DNA of 64,000 bases from an uncultured Acidobacteriota bacterium. Its GTDB lineage: Bacteria > Acidobacteriota > UBA6911. Below the pieces are notes generated by a model that did not search any database, was not told the DNA's origin, and saw only the letters and a list, made by a program, of their open reading frames with translations. Within the stretch, counting starts at the first letter, position 1, and the number at the start of each line of letters is the position of its first letter. A program made the translations under genes and the position numbers. Location: assembly GCA_963718845.1 (NCBI GenBank), contig CAVRAD010000009.1, positions 193,360 to 257,359 on the forward strand, in the 5' to 3' direction. This document shows positions 40,478-51,426 of this stretch, piece by piece.

Positions 40478-41368
40478 TTACGCTATTTCCGGCAGGCAAA
40501 ACGATGTTTCCAGCTGCTTACCACAATGGGAACATCTCCAGTCAATGTTGAGCTTCTGGCATTTAACGCCTTTTTCCGTCGACCAGCCCATATCCCAACT
40601 CCCTCCGCATTCCGGACACGTGCGAGAAACGACCAGCCTTATCGTCAATGACTGATGGATGCGCGAGGGGTATGGAATCCTGACCGGTCGAATCTCAAGA
40701 TCGGCTATCCGCGCCTCCCGCAACTCATCCAGGAGAGAACGGAAAAATTTTACGGAATCCCTGGCCTTCCTGTTCGCCAGTTTTTTCCCTGCAGCCGTAT
40801 GCATGTTTAGCGGAAGGCATGCCGCATAGGTCAGTTCTTTGCTCAGATAGCCGATGACTGCCGAGCGGAGTGTATGGCCGCGCAGCGTGGCTTTGGTAAA
40901 AAAACTGGCGACTCCCATGGCGCCGAACTTGGAGAGGAAGTCGGCGTCGTGGAGGATTGCCCCGACGCGATTCCTCCGGTTTTTTTCGTTGTACAGCGCT
41001 TGTACGCCAGACAGCACCTTGCGGATATCGGAGACTTTCATCCCGAACTGACGGAGAAGAGGCTCGGCAATGCGCGCGGACTCTTCTTCTTCGATCGTCC
41101 CGTCGCTGTGATAGTGTCCCTCGGCGAACTTGCCGGCATCATGAAAAAGAGCCGCAACCACCGGGATCATGGGATCCATTCCCTCTGCCTGTGCCAGTCG
41201 GTTGGCGATTGAGGCGACGTGCAAGGTGTGTTCCCACAAAAAGCTCTCCTGTGAGTCGCTGCCTTCATACGCATTTTCGGAGTCCCTGAAGACCTGGTGG
41301 ACTTTTTCCAGGAGCCCGGGGAAGCGGGATTTGATCTCTGCGAAAGAAAAGGTTCCTTTGTCGGTCAT
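40478..41368 (-). CDS. HD-domain phosphohydrolase with a C-terminal Cys-rich (Zn-ribbon-like) domain
   Basis: H..HV, ALFHDAGK, LHDADFL.K.GA.G (YedJ-like), then CPEC...C...CSHC...C. Likely start MTDKG at 41368. Confidence 0.85.
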   Translation of the reverse strand: MTDKGTFSFAEIKSRFPGLLEKVHQVFRDSENAYEGSDSQESFLWEHTLHVASIANRLAQAEGMDPMIPVVAALFHDAGKFAEGHYHSDGTIEEEESARIAEPLLRQFGMKVSDIRKVLSGVQALYNEKNRRNRVGAILHDADFLSKFGAMGVASFFTKATLRGHTLRSAVIGYLSKELTYAACLPLNMHTAAGKKLANRKARDSVKFFRSLLDELREARIADLEIRPVRIPYPSRIHQSLTIRLVVSRTCPECGGSWDMGWSTEKGVKCQKLNIDWRCSHCGKQLETSFCLPEIA

Positions 41369-41642
41369 AGAGGCGGCATTATCCCGCGTGTGCCGCAGGA
41401 GCGTCAAGAGGGGATGCGATGGGTATGCTACGGCGTGCCTTAGTCGGGTATTCGGTAAAGGATGGGAATTTCGTTGTTTTCGGGACAAGGAGTCAGGAGC
41501 CAGAAGTTGGGAGTCAGAATTGAATCCAGAATCCAGCCGAATAATCCGCTGTAACTTTTTGGAGTTTTGATATAAAAGCAACGGGATTGAGAACCAAACA
41601 GGGCACAGAATCATAGTAAATAGAACAAAAGGAGGATCCTCC

Positions 41643-43651
41643 ATGAAACGAGCGCTTTTTATTCTTATATGGCTGTGTGCTTTGGTTATGCCTCTCATCG
41701 CACAACAGCCGCCGATCATCGATCGCGAGCTTTTTTCGGCGACCCCGAAATAACCAATGCTCAGATATCGCCCGACGGAAAGTACATCGCCTTTATCAAG
41801 CCATGGAACAGCACGCGGAATATCTGGGTAAAAAAAACCGAGGAGCCGTTTGACAAGGCCAAATTGGTAAGTGTCGATACGAAGAGGCCAATCCCAGGAT
41901 ACATGTGGAGCCGCGACGGCAAATACATTCTCTTCGTCCAGGATAAAGCGGGCGATGAGAATTATAACGTTTTTGCCGTCAATCCATCCGATGCTCCCCC
42001 TCCAGGCGAAGCAGCACCTTCTGCCCGGAATATCACGCCAGTGTCGGGTGTGCGCGCTACGCTCTATGCCGTCCCACGGTCGGAGCCTGATGCTCTTTAT
42101 GTGGGACTGAATGACCGCGATAAAGCCTGGCACGATCTCTATAAAATTAAAATCTCTACGGGAGAGCGGACACTCCTCAGGCAGAATAAAGATCGCATTA
42201 CGGGCTGGATTTTCGACAACAAAGACCAACTCCGCCTAGCGACGCGTTCTACCGATGCGGGAGACACAGAGATCCTTCGCGTCGATTCGGGAGAATTGAA
42301 GAAGATCTATGCATGCAGCGTTTTCGAGTCGTGCGATCCCAAGGTTTTCAGCAAAGATGACCAACATGTCTACATCGCGACCAATCATGGGAATAACGTG
42401 GATCTCGTGGGGCTAGAGTTGCTCGATCCGCAGACGGGAGCGACTCAAGTTTTTGAATCCGATCCACTGAAGCGGATGGATTTGGGGGGTGTTCTGGTAT
42501 CGGAACTGAACCATGAGCTGCTTGCTACCGCGTATGCTGACGACAGAGTTCGGCTTTACTGGAAAGATAAATCCTATGAAGCCGATTATAAACTTCTCCA
42601 GAAGAAACTGGGTGATAAACAAATCGAATTCGGTTCACATACCGATGATGAGCGCCTCTGGCTGATCGGCGCTTCCAGCGACACAGAGCCGGGCGAGACG
42701 TACCTGTTCGATCGCCGGACCAAACAGTTGACGCTGCAATACCGCATTCGCGAAAGACTTGAGCGGAAATATCTGGCATCGATGCAGCCGATCCGATTCA
42801 AGTCATCCGATGGTATGGAGATTCCTGCGTACTTGACCCTCCCAAAAGGTTTAGCGCATAAAAATCTGCCTGCAATCCTTGTGCCCCATGGCGGGCCATG
42901 GGCGCGTGACAGTTGGGGATATAACGAACTTGTCCAGTTTCTTGCCAACCGGGGCTATGCCATTCTGCAACCCAATTTCCGCGGATCGACCGGTTACGGT
43001 AAAAAATTCTTAAACGCCGGAAATCTGCAGTGGGGCGAGAAAATGCAGGACGATATTACCTGGGGGGCCAGATATCTCACAGAGAAAGGCATCGCCGACC
43101 CGAAGCGCATCGGGATTATGGGCGGATCCTATGGAGGCTATGCAGCGCTTGCAGGCGTGACCTTCACACCAGACGTATATGCTGCCGCTGTGGCCTACGT
43201 CGCGCCATCCAACCTTATTACGCTGATGGAGTCTATTCCTCCATACTGGGAACCGGTTCGCATCATGTTTTATAAACGCATGGGTGATCCGAACACCCCT
43301 CAGGGGAAGGCACAATTGGAACGTCAGTCTCCGCTGAACTCTGCCGCAAAGATCAAAACGCCCCTCCTGGTTGTTCAAGGAGCCAACGATCCTCGAGTCA
43401 ATAAACGCGAATCCGATCAGATCGTCATTGCGTTACGCGACCGGAAATTTCCGGTTGAGTATATTGTGGCCCCCGATGAAGGGCACGGCTTTGCGCGGCC
43501 GGTGAACGACATGGCGATGTATACGGCTGCAGAAAAGTTCCTTGCCAAACACCTGGGCGCACGTTATCAGGCGGGAGGGACGCCGGAAGTGATGACCCAT
43601 CTCAAAGAAATCACGGTGGATCCGGCCACGGTCGTTATATCCAAGCGATGA
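41643..43651 (+). CDS. S9 (prolyl oligopeptidase/acylaminoacyl) peptidase, frameshifted in the T-run near 41733
   Basis: Signal peptide MKRALFILIWLCALVMPLIAQQPPIIDREL joins FFGDPEI; HGGPW, GGSYGG, GANDPRV, DEGHG triad. Confidence 0.93.
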
Positions 43652-44050
43652 AGGCAAAACAGGAGAAAAGGAAATTGGATGTAGATTAGGGCTGACAAAG
43701 AGATGCGATTGAGTCTCTTATGTTTCTCTTAAATCCCCGAAAGTATTTTCAAGGGCGATGCAGGCAGACTGCGCCGCCCGTTCAGGGCGTACATATTTTC
43801 GCTCCCAACCCAGGGCTCTGAGATGCAGCCGCTTTGAGGCTGTCTCTTGTCTGACTCCTGTCTTCTGACTCCTGAATTCTGGCTTCTGACTCCTGTCTTC
43901 CAATGGTTTTTGTGGCAAAAAAGCGACAATCCGACTATATTGAGTGCGGACAGGCCCTGTTGAGTCGCAAGGGGCGGATGGTGTTTGGTAGGAAAGTACT
44001 TATATCGAAATATTGGAAATGGAAGCAACATTCAGTGCGAGGGATTGCCA

Positions 44051-45771
44051 ATGGCTAAATTATTAAGAATCAATTTGTCGGCTTTGAGCGCAACGACCGA
44101 GGATGTTCCGGAAGCGTATCGGAAATTCGGGGGCAGGGGGTTGACGGCGTGCATTATAGATCGTGAAGTGCCTCCGACCTGCGATCCCTTGGGCGCCGAA
44201 AACAAGCTTATCTGGGCGCCGGGGCTGATGGGCGGGACCACCGCTCCATGCAGCGGCAGGCTTTCGGTGGGAGCCAAAAGCCCGATGACCAAGGGAATCA
44301 AAGAATCGAATACGGGCGGAGCCATGGGCCAGAAATTGGCCAGGCTGGGATTCAAAGCGGTGATTTTTGAAGGGAAAGCAAAAGAACCGACCACGGTCAA
44401 AATAGATAAGTCGGGCGTGAGTTTCTGCTCCTCCGCTCCTCTTGCCGGTCTCGGATGCTATGAAATTATCGAAAAGCTGAGAAGCGAATATGGCGAAAAT
44501 GCCTGCTTTGGCTGTATCGGGCCGGCCGGCGATATGGGTCTTACGGCTGCATCGATCATGTTTACCACTCCCGATTTTCACATCCGGGTTGCCGCCCGAG
44601 GCGGATTGGGCGCCGTCATGGGCTCCAAAAACATGAAGGCCGTGGTCGTCGATGATGCCGGATCCAATCTTCTGGAAATAAAGGATCCGCAAAAGCTGAA
44701 AGGAAAACGTCTCTGCTATGACCAAAGGCGTTCTCGGGAACGCACTTCCTCGAAGGATTGAGACATCTGGGCACGCCGCAGATCGTCATGATCACGCAGA
44801 CCGCCGGCGCTTTGCCCACCAAGAACTTCACCATGGGACAGTTCGACAAAGCGGAGAGCCTCTCCGGCGAGTACATGGAGGAGTTGCTTAAGAAGCGGGC
44901 GAACGCGGAAACGGTGCACGCCTGCATGAAGGGCTGCATAATCAGCTGCTCCAATATCTATACGGATGAGAACGGCAAGTTTATTGTTGCCAGCATCGAG
45001 TACGAAACCATTGCATTGATCGGATCGAACTGCCTCATCGGGGACCTCGACATGGTTGCTCGCATCAACCGCGCCTGCAACGATGCCGGCGTGGACACCA
45101 TGGATGTAGGGTCCGCGCTCGCCGTCGCGATGGAGGGCGGATTGCTGCCGTGGGGAGACGCGGAAGGAGCTCTCAAGCTGGTGCAGGAGATCAATGTCGG
45201 AACGGAAAACGGCCGGATGATTGGCAGCGGAGCGAAAGTAACCGGTGAAAAGCTGGGAGTGAAGCGGATTCCGCACGTCAAAGGTCAGGCCCTGTCGGCC
45301 TATGATCCGAGAATCCTCAAGGGAACGGGCGTGACATTTGCCACGTCCCCTCAGGGCGCCGACCACACGGCCGGAATTGTGTTGCCCGGACCGCATCATC
45401 CTCAATACAGCCCGGTCGAACCCACCGGACAGGCGCCGGAATCGCGGTTCATGCAGCAATGGATGGCTGCCATCGATACGCTCGGCTACTGCATGATGAT
45501 CGGCATGACGTTTATGGAGGAGAAGGCCCAAAAACATCTTGACCTCAATATGATCGGGGGCTTATCTGCGGTCACCGGCGAGACGTATCCGGAAACGTAC
45601 GTCACGGATCTGGGCGCCGCGGTTCTCGAAATCGAGAGAAGGTTCAACAAAGCCGCGGGATTGACGGAAAAAGACGACCGTCTGCCGAAATTCTTTACGG
45701 AAGAAAAGTTCGGACCGGGTCAGTTTGTTTTTGATGTATCCACGGAAGAAATAGACAGCGTCCACAAATAG
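44051..45771 (+). CDS. aor: Tungsten-dependent aldehyde:ferredoxin oxidoreductase family, frameshifted around 44700-44750
   Basis: KSP.T.GIKESN.GG, AARGGLGAVMGSKN.KA, C..GC...C, EYET, D.G.DT, HVKGQ..AYDPR, GADHT, D.LG.C, DDRLP. Confidence 0.92.
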
Positions 45772-45791
45772 TAACGCTGACGCACCGCACA

Positions 45792-45819
45792 TGGAGTCCC
45801 GGGGAAGCCCGGGACTCCA
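45792..45819. terminator. GC-rich hairpin between the convergent aor and tupC
   Basis: TGGAGTCCCGGG-GAAG-CCCGGGACTCCA, a perfect 12-bp stem. Confidence 0.7.
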
Positions 45820-45824
45820 GCCTT

Positions 45825-46483
45825 TCACGATTCCAGTATTTTCCCAGCCTCCAGCCGGACAATCCGCTTTGTTAAGGATGATACAAAGCTCGTATCGTGT
45901 GTCGCGATGACGATCGTGGTGCCGCGCGTTTCGGCGGCTTTGCCCAGCAGATCCCGCAGCGTCGGCCTGGATGCCTCGTCCAGGGAATTGGTGGGTTCAT
46001 CCAGCAGAATAATCGGAGTTTCCAGCACCAATGCGCGAGCCAGTACGGCACGCTGCGCCTCGCCGCCCGACAGCTTTCGGCTCAGCTTATCCGCCACCGT
46101 CGTGAGATTCGTTTCTTCGAGGATAGCCTGGACTCGACGCCGGATCTCTTGCGCATGAAGTCCTGCCGCGTGCAACCCGTACGCTATATTGTTCCGGACA
46201 GTAGTGGAAAACAGGACCGGCTTCTGATGCACCAGGGTTACTTTTTTGCGCGCATCCCTGTCACAGCTGCGCACGGTTTCCGTTCCATGCAGGAGCACGC
46301 TTCCGGAAACCGGCTGGAGAAGAAGAGCCAGTATGGAGAGCAGCGTGGTTTTGCCGCAGCCGTTGGGTCCGACAATGGCACAGATCTGGCCGGATGGGAT
46401 GTCCAGTCGCGGAATGTCCAGCACGATCCTTCCGTCATAGGAGTGCACCAGCGAGCGGATGCTGTATGCAGGCGCATGCTCAT
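45825..46483 (-). CDS. tupC: Tungstate ABC transporter ATPase (probable 5' frameshift near 46470)
   Basis: GPNGCGKT, LSGGE, LLDEP; the ATG overlaps the tupB stop. Confidence 0.85.
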
Positions 46484-47172
46484 GAAGATTTTCTCCCGAT
46501 CAGCCGCGCGGCGATGTTGACGCCAAAAGCCGCTAAAATCAAAATGATTCCCAGCGCCAATCCCAGGGCGAATTCGCCTCTGCTGGTCTGAAGGGATATG
46601 GCTGTCGTGATCGTCCGCGTATAGCCCAGAATATTTCCGCCAAGGATCAGGGATATCCCGACTTCCCCAATAACGCGGCCGAAGCCTGTGATGCACGCCA
46701 CCAACAGCGCAGCGTGTGCCTCCGAGGCGATCGTCATAGTCGTTCTGAATCTGCCGGCGCCCAGGGTCAGGGCGGTCTCGCGCACGACCGGATTTACCAT
46801 TGAGACGGCACTGCACGCCAGCGACGCGATGAGCGGGATGATCAGCACTGTCTGGCCGATGACGATCGCGGCCGGTGAAAATAAAAGCTGAAACCTGCCC
46901 AATGGCCCCTGGCTGAACAGCAGCGTATAGACAAAAAGCCCGACCACCACGGTGGGGATTGCGAGCGTGGTATTCAGTATGTCTTCAGCAAGCTTTTTGA
47001 AGCGGAATTGCGAAGATGCCAGCGCGATGCCCGCGGGGATGCCGATCAGCGATGCGAGCACCGTACTGCTCAAAGAAAACCGCAGCGACGCAAATACGAT
47101 CGTCGTCACTTCCGCATCTGCCGAAAGGATCAGGCGGATCGCTTCTTTAAATGCGAATCCCAGGTCATTCAC
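46480..47172 (-). CDS. tupB: Tungstate ABC transporter permease
   Basis: PTVVVGL, GPLG..LLF, GFGRVIGEVG...GGNI..YTR.ITTAI.L. Confidence 0.92.
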   Translation of the reverse strand: MNDLGFAFKEAIRLILSADAEVTTIVFASLRFSLSSTVLASLIGIPAGIALASSQFRFKKLAEDILNTTLAIPTVVVGLFVYTLLFSQGPLGRFQLLFSPAAIVIGQTVLIIPLIASLACSAVSMVNPVVRETALTLGAGRFRTTMTIASEAHAALLVACITGFGRVIGEVGISLILGGNILGYTRTITTAISLQTSRGEFALGLALGIILILAAFGVNIAARLIGRKSS

Positions 47173-47176
47173 GCAG

Positions 47177-47994
47177 TTACTTTCCGTGGATGTACGCAGG
47201 CTTGAACAGCTGATGCCCGCCTACCGTATAGCTGCCGATGAGTTTCTGACCTTCATCGGAACAGAGCCAGTCGATCAGCTGCCGCGAAAGATCGGACTTT
47301 ACCGACGGAAAACGTTTGGGATTGACCTGTATCAACGAGTAATAGTTGATCAGATCCGGGTCTCCTTCCACGAGCACTTTCAGCTTCAATTGGCTCATGC
47401 GCGTGAGATACGTGGCCCTATCGCAAATCGTATACCCATTCTTTTCGTTCGCCATGGTCAATACCGCACCCATGCCCTGGCCAATGTCCAGATACCACGA
47501 TCCGGCCGGAGCAATCCCCGCTTTTTTCCAGAAGAAATTTTTCCTTCTGGTGCGTTCCGGATGCGTCGCCCCGCGAAACAAAAGGCGCGCCGGATTCCTG
47601 AATTTTGGCAAATGCGCGGGATGCGTCTTTCGTCCCCATGATTCCGGCGGGATCTCGAAGCGGGACCCAGGATCACAAAGTCATTCACCATGAAGGTCTT
47701 CCGATTAATCCCGAATCCGTCGCCCACGAATTTTTCTTCGGAGGCCGGGTCGTGGACCAGTACCATGTCGACATCACCGTTGGATGCAAGCTTTAATGCC
47801 TGCCCGCTCCCAACGGCGATTACATCCGCTTTGCAGCCGCATTTCTTTTCGAAATAAGACATCAGGTAGGGCATAAGACCCGAATCCTGAACCGATGTCG
47901 TAGTCGCCAGGCGCAGCCGTTCCTGGGCTTGCAACGGCACAAGAATAAGCGGAATGATCACCAGGAAAGCGGGTGCTACAAGTTTCCATTTCAT
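47177..47994 (-). CDS. tupA: Tungstate-binding protein, two frameshifts (~47660, ~47535)
   Basis: Tungstate-selective TTTS motif ([12 protein letters not shown]), [30 protein letters not shown] across three frames. Confidence 0.9.
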
Positions 47995-48033
47995 AGGTAA
48001 TTCTCCAAAATTGCAAATGCCGTCAGGCGGCTC

Positions 48034-48945
48034 CTAAGCCCTCTCGTAGACAATCTTGCCCGTGTCCCGTGTTTCGTAGCCGCCCATTTTCCGCTATATG
48101 GGATTTGAATTCTTCGAGCCCAGGACTTCGCGCAGGGCTTTGACGGCGCCTGTCGCATAGTTTTCGGTGGGGATGACCAGGTCAAATCGTTCGGTGGCAA
48201 GCGGAATAAAATCCAGGTCCAGCATTCTGGCCGCGGCAAGAATGCCGATTCCCACATCGGCAGATCCGCTGAAAACCTCCAGCGCCACGTCCATGTGCGT
48301 GAGGGCAATCCTCGCGTAGCCCGGGATTTCCGCAGGATCAATCTCAAGCTCCTTCAGCCGGTAGTCCAAAAGGACGCGCGTCCCGGAGCCTTCCTGCCGG
48401 TTGACGAAGGTCAACGCTTTGTTGGCCAGGTGTGTGAGCGTTTTTATTCCCAAAGGATTTCCCTTTTTGACAATCAATCCCTGTTCGCGGTGCGCCAGAT
48501 TCAGCAGCACGATTTTTAAATTTGAAAAATGCTTTTTGATAAAGGAGCTGTTGTATTCGCCGGTTTCCAGGTCCAGTAGATGGGAAGCGGCTATATGGCA
48601 GTTGCCTTTTTGCAGAGCGATCAATCCTGCAAGGCTTCCCACGTTCGATATGGAGATCGTATAGCGGGGATGCTGAACGGCCGTATTCTTGGCAAGGAGC
48701 TCCAAGGCGAGGTCATTGCTGCCGGCTATCACCACCTGGTTTTCCGGAGCACTTCTCTGGGTGGAGATGTTGACGCTCTCCCGGGCGCTTGCCATGACCC
48801 ATTCGTCGATCACATTCTTTGGAAAAAGCCATTTGCCGGTGATTCGTGTGGCGGGTATCTTCTTCTCTTTGATCAGCCGGTAAACCTGCTTTTCGTTGAT
48901 GCTGAGGTACTCCGCAACCTCTTTTGTGGTGAGCATCTCTTTCAT
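48034..48945 (-). CDS. Excisionase-like HTH plus PBP-domain (Mo/W-sensing) transcriptional regulator, 3' frameshifted
   Basis: LTTKEVAEYL.INEKQVYRL..ITGKWLFP; GSND, GSLAGL, NRQEGSGTR. The C-terminus MGGYETRDTGKIVYERA* is in another frame. Confidence 0.87.
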
Positions 48946-49100
48946 AATCTGCCTGGCCCCCATTACAAATACAAATATGACTTATTGCGACAAATAATAA
49001 CCACCAGCAACAATCTGTCAACAGTATTGTAGGATAGGGCCTGGATCGGCGCAAATCCAATAAATGATGCAAATCCTCCTGCCGCAGCCCCATCACGTCC

Positions 49101-49248
49101 CTATCGGAATCGCTATCGCTATCCCGACCCACATGTTTATTTCTTCACTGCATGTCCTTTGTAGCAGTGGGTTGCGTCGCAATCGCGATCGATCATCGCA
49201 ATCGGTCATCGGTTTTGCTTGTGATCGAAAACCGATATAGATACCGAT
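49101..49248. repeat. Hexamer cassette related to 18642-18742
   Basis: ATCGCT/ATCGGA units plus the shared core at 49191-49248. Confidence 0.75.
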
Positions 49249-49314
49249 GAGGGAGCATGGGGAAATATCGAGAAAAGCGTGGATATTCTTTTGCCTTGGC
49301 GCTATTTTAACACG

Positions 49315-50679
49315 ATGAAAAATAGGTTGTTGCTGCTGATTCTTGTCTTCCTGCTGGCAGGGAATACCTCGTTTGCCGCTGAATCCTCCAGTCACGGCGA
49401 TCCGATAGCGCACGTGCTTATCATCTTGATTGCGATTTTGGCCGCAGCCAAAGTGGGCGGCGCCGTTGTAGAGCGTTTTGGCATGCCGGCGGTGCTTGGT
49501 GAACTCATCGGCGGAATTATCCTGGGAAACCTCGTACTGGTGAATCCCGCCTGGAGCTTTTTGGAGCCTTTGCGCATCACTCCCGTTGAGACGTACTGGG
49601 CGATTGCGGTGGACAGCCTGGCTCGCATCGGCGTGATTATTCTGCTATTTGAAGTCGGGCTGGAGTCGAGCCTTAAAGTGATGATGAAGGTAGGCGGCTC
49701 TTCCATGCTGGTCGCCGTAATGGGAGTTATCGCGCCATTCTTCCTGGGGTATTGGGCGAGCTGGCTTTTCATCGATCGTCTTCCGGCGGGGCTTGCGGGG
49801 CACGTCTCTGCCGGATTCAGCACTCACTATATCCATCTGTTTATCGGCGCCGTGCTTTGTGCCACGAGCGTGGGAATTACGGCGCGCGTATTCAAGGACC
49901 TTGGAAAGCTTCAGATGAAGGAGGCCCAGATCGTTCTGGGCGCGGCCGTCATCGACGATGTCCTGGGATTGATCGTTCTGGCTGTGGTTTCCGGAATCGT
50001 CTCCGCCGCGGAATTCGGCCAGCCTCTCGCACTTGGCGCCGTGATCCGCCTGGTTCTGGTGGCGCTGCTTTTCCTGGGCGGGACTTTGTTTGCCGGCTCA
50101 TTTCTTGTCCCGCGGATAATGAAGCAATTGTCCAGGCTGCGCACGAGCGGCATGATGCTTATTTCCGCATTGGGTTGTTGTTTTGCCCTGGCATATCTTG
50201 CCGATCTTACCGGATTGGCCCCGATTGTCGGCGCATTTGCTGCCGGCCTGCTGCTGGAGACGGTTCATTTCCGCGGATTCAACGAGGACATCCCGATTGA
50301 AAAGCTGATCAAGCCCGTCTCCACTTTTCTTGTCCCGATCTTTTTTGTGGTGATGGGGATTCAGGTGCGGCTTGAATCCTTTGCCAACATACCTGTGCTC
50401 GGACTGGCTGCCGCCCTGACTGTAGCCGCTATTGCAGGGAAGCAGATTTGTGGATTCGGGGTATTGGAAAAGAACCTGGATCGCCTCAGCATCGGCGTGG
50501 CCATGATTCCAAGAGGGGAAGTCGGCCTCATTTTTGCCAGCATCGGCAAGAATATGAAAGTGGTCGACGATTCAACCTTCTCGGCAATCGTCATCATGAT
50601 TATCGTAACAACCCTGATCACGCCGCCGATCCTCAAGCTGACGCTCGCGCGAAGCCAAAAGAAAATAGCCACCCATTGA
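49315..50679 (+). CDS. Cation:proton antiporter (CPA2, NapA-like)
   Basis: PAVLGEL, ATSVGITAR, AAVIDDVLG, GAFAAGL, MIPRGEVGL. Confidence 0.93.
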   Translation: MKNRLLLLILVFLLAGNTSFAAESSSHGDPIAHVLIILIAILAAAKVGGAVVERFGMPAVLGELIGGIILGNLVLVNPAWSFLEPLRITPVETYWAIAVDSLARIGVIILLFEVGLESSLKVMMKVGGSSMLVAVMGVIAPFFLGYWASWLFIDRLPAGLAGHVSAGFSTHYIHLFIGAVLCATSVGITARVFKDLGKLQMKEAQIVLGAAVIDDVLGLIVLAVVSGIVSAAEFGQPLALGAVIRLVLVALLFLGGTLFAGSFLVPRIMKQLSRLRTSGMMLISALGCCFALAYLADLTGLAPIVGAFAAGLLLETVHFRGFNEDIPIEKLIKPVSTFLVPIFFVVMGIQVRLESFANIPVLGLAAALTVAAIAGKQICGFGVLEKNLDRLSIGVAMIPRGEVGLIFASIGKNMKVVDDSTFSAIVIMIIVTTLITPPILKLTLARSQKKIATH

Positions 50680-50801
50680 TTCCTGATTCCGAATTCCAGA
50701 TTCCAAATTAACTAAAGCTTTTTGTTCGCTACCCAAAATCCGGAATCCAAAATCCGGAATCCGGAATCCGGAATCCGGAATCCGGAATCGGAATCGGAAT
50801 C
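50678..50801. repeat. Inverted heptamer cassette (GATTCCN)n ... (GGAATCC)n
   Basis: Starts at the antiporter stop; long AATCCGG run at 50737-50801. Confidence 0.87.
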
Positions 50802-50833
50802 AACCTGCTGTCCCGATTTCTTCTAATACCAGG

Positions 50834-51169
50834 TTAGGCCGTTGCCGAAGCTTTGCGCAGCGAACGACGGAGTTCGTGCAGTTGGCGGCGTATTGCTTTC
50901 AGCCCGGCGTGATCGTGCGCCTCAAGCGCGGCATCGCGTTTACCCTTTAGCTCTTTCATGTGCGCTTTGATCTCAATCTTGCCGCGACCGGCGACTTTGC
51001 TCTTATGGCGCGTGTGCGTGTCGATATTGAGAGAAGTGCAGATTGCTGTGAGGAGATGCTCTTTGTTCAGCTGCGTATAGCCCTTAACCGCTTCATTTTC
51101 GATTCCGGCAGCGATTTCCCTCAACTCTGCCACCGTCAAACCCTTCAATTGATCGAATGTGTATTGCAT
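50834..51169 (-). CDS. Small basic protein with a Rho N-terminal-like (HeH) domain
   Basis: L...TVAELREIA....VKGYTQLNKE.L..AI, followed by a basic coiled coil. Confidence 0.72.
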   Translation of the reverse strand: MQYTFDQLKGLTVAELREIAAGIENEAVKGYTQLNKEHLLTAICTSLNIDTHTRHKSKVAGRGKIEIKAHMKELKGKRDAALEAHDHAGLKAIRRQLHELRRSLRKASATA

Positions 51170-51426
51170 AATTGAAATTCTCCTTCCCGATCAGCGTACT
51201 CACTGGTTTCCATGGCAATGCACGGCTTTGAACGTGATTATAGGATATTCTTTTTCAGGCCGGGAGAAAATTCTTCTCTGTGGTATTCTTTTAAGGAGCA
51301 AGGCTGAGCGGCCCTGCCGGAGGGTTTGAAGGATTTGAAGTTTTGAGAATCCCTTGGGATTGACTCTCCCGGAATCTTGAATCCGGAATCTGGAATCAGT
51401 TCCCTTTTAAATTATCTGGAAAGTTT

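Noticed and set aside
40180-40551. 123-aa ORF with ITNYELR repeats
   Set aside because: It is a translation of the heptamer array; no RBS or protein-like composition.
41369-42229. N-terminal ~290 aa of the 583-aa ORF 40478..42229
   Set aside because: It is antisense to the S9 peptidase and crosses a repeat cassette; the HD protein plausibly starts at 41368.
48034-48945. Prophage or ICE excisionase
   Set aside because: The HTH is fused to a PBP domain and heads tupABC; no integrase or phage genes are present.
48961-49030. Operator for the HTH-PBP regulator in the AT-rich upstream region
   Set aside because: I found no convincing palindrome or direct repeat shared with the aor or moeA upstream regions by eye.
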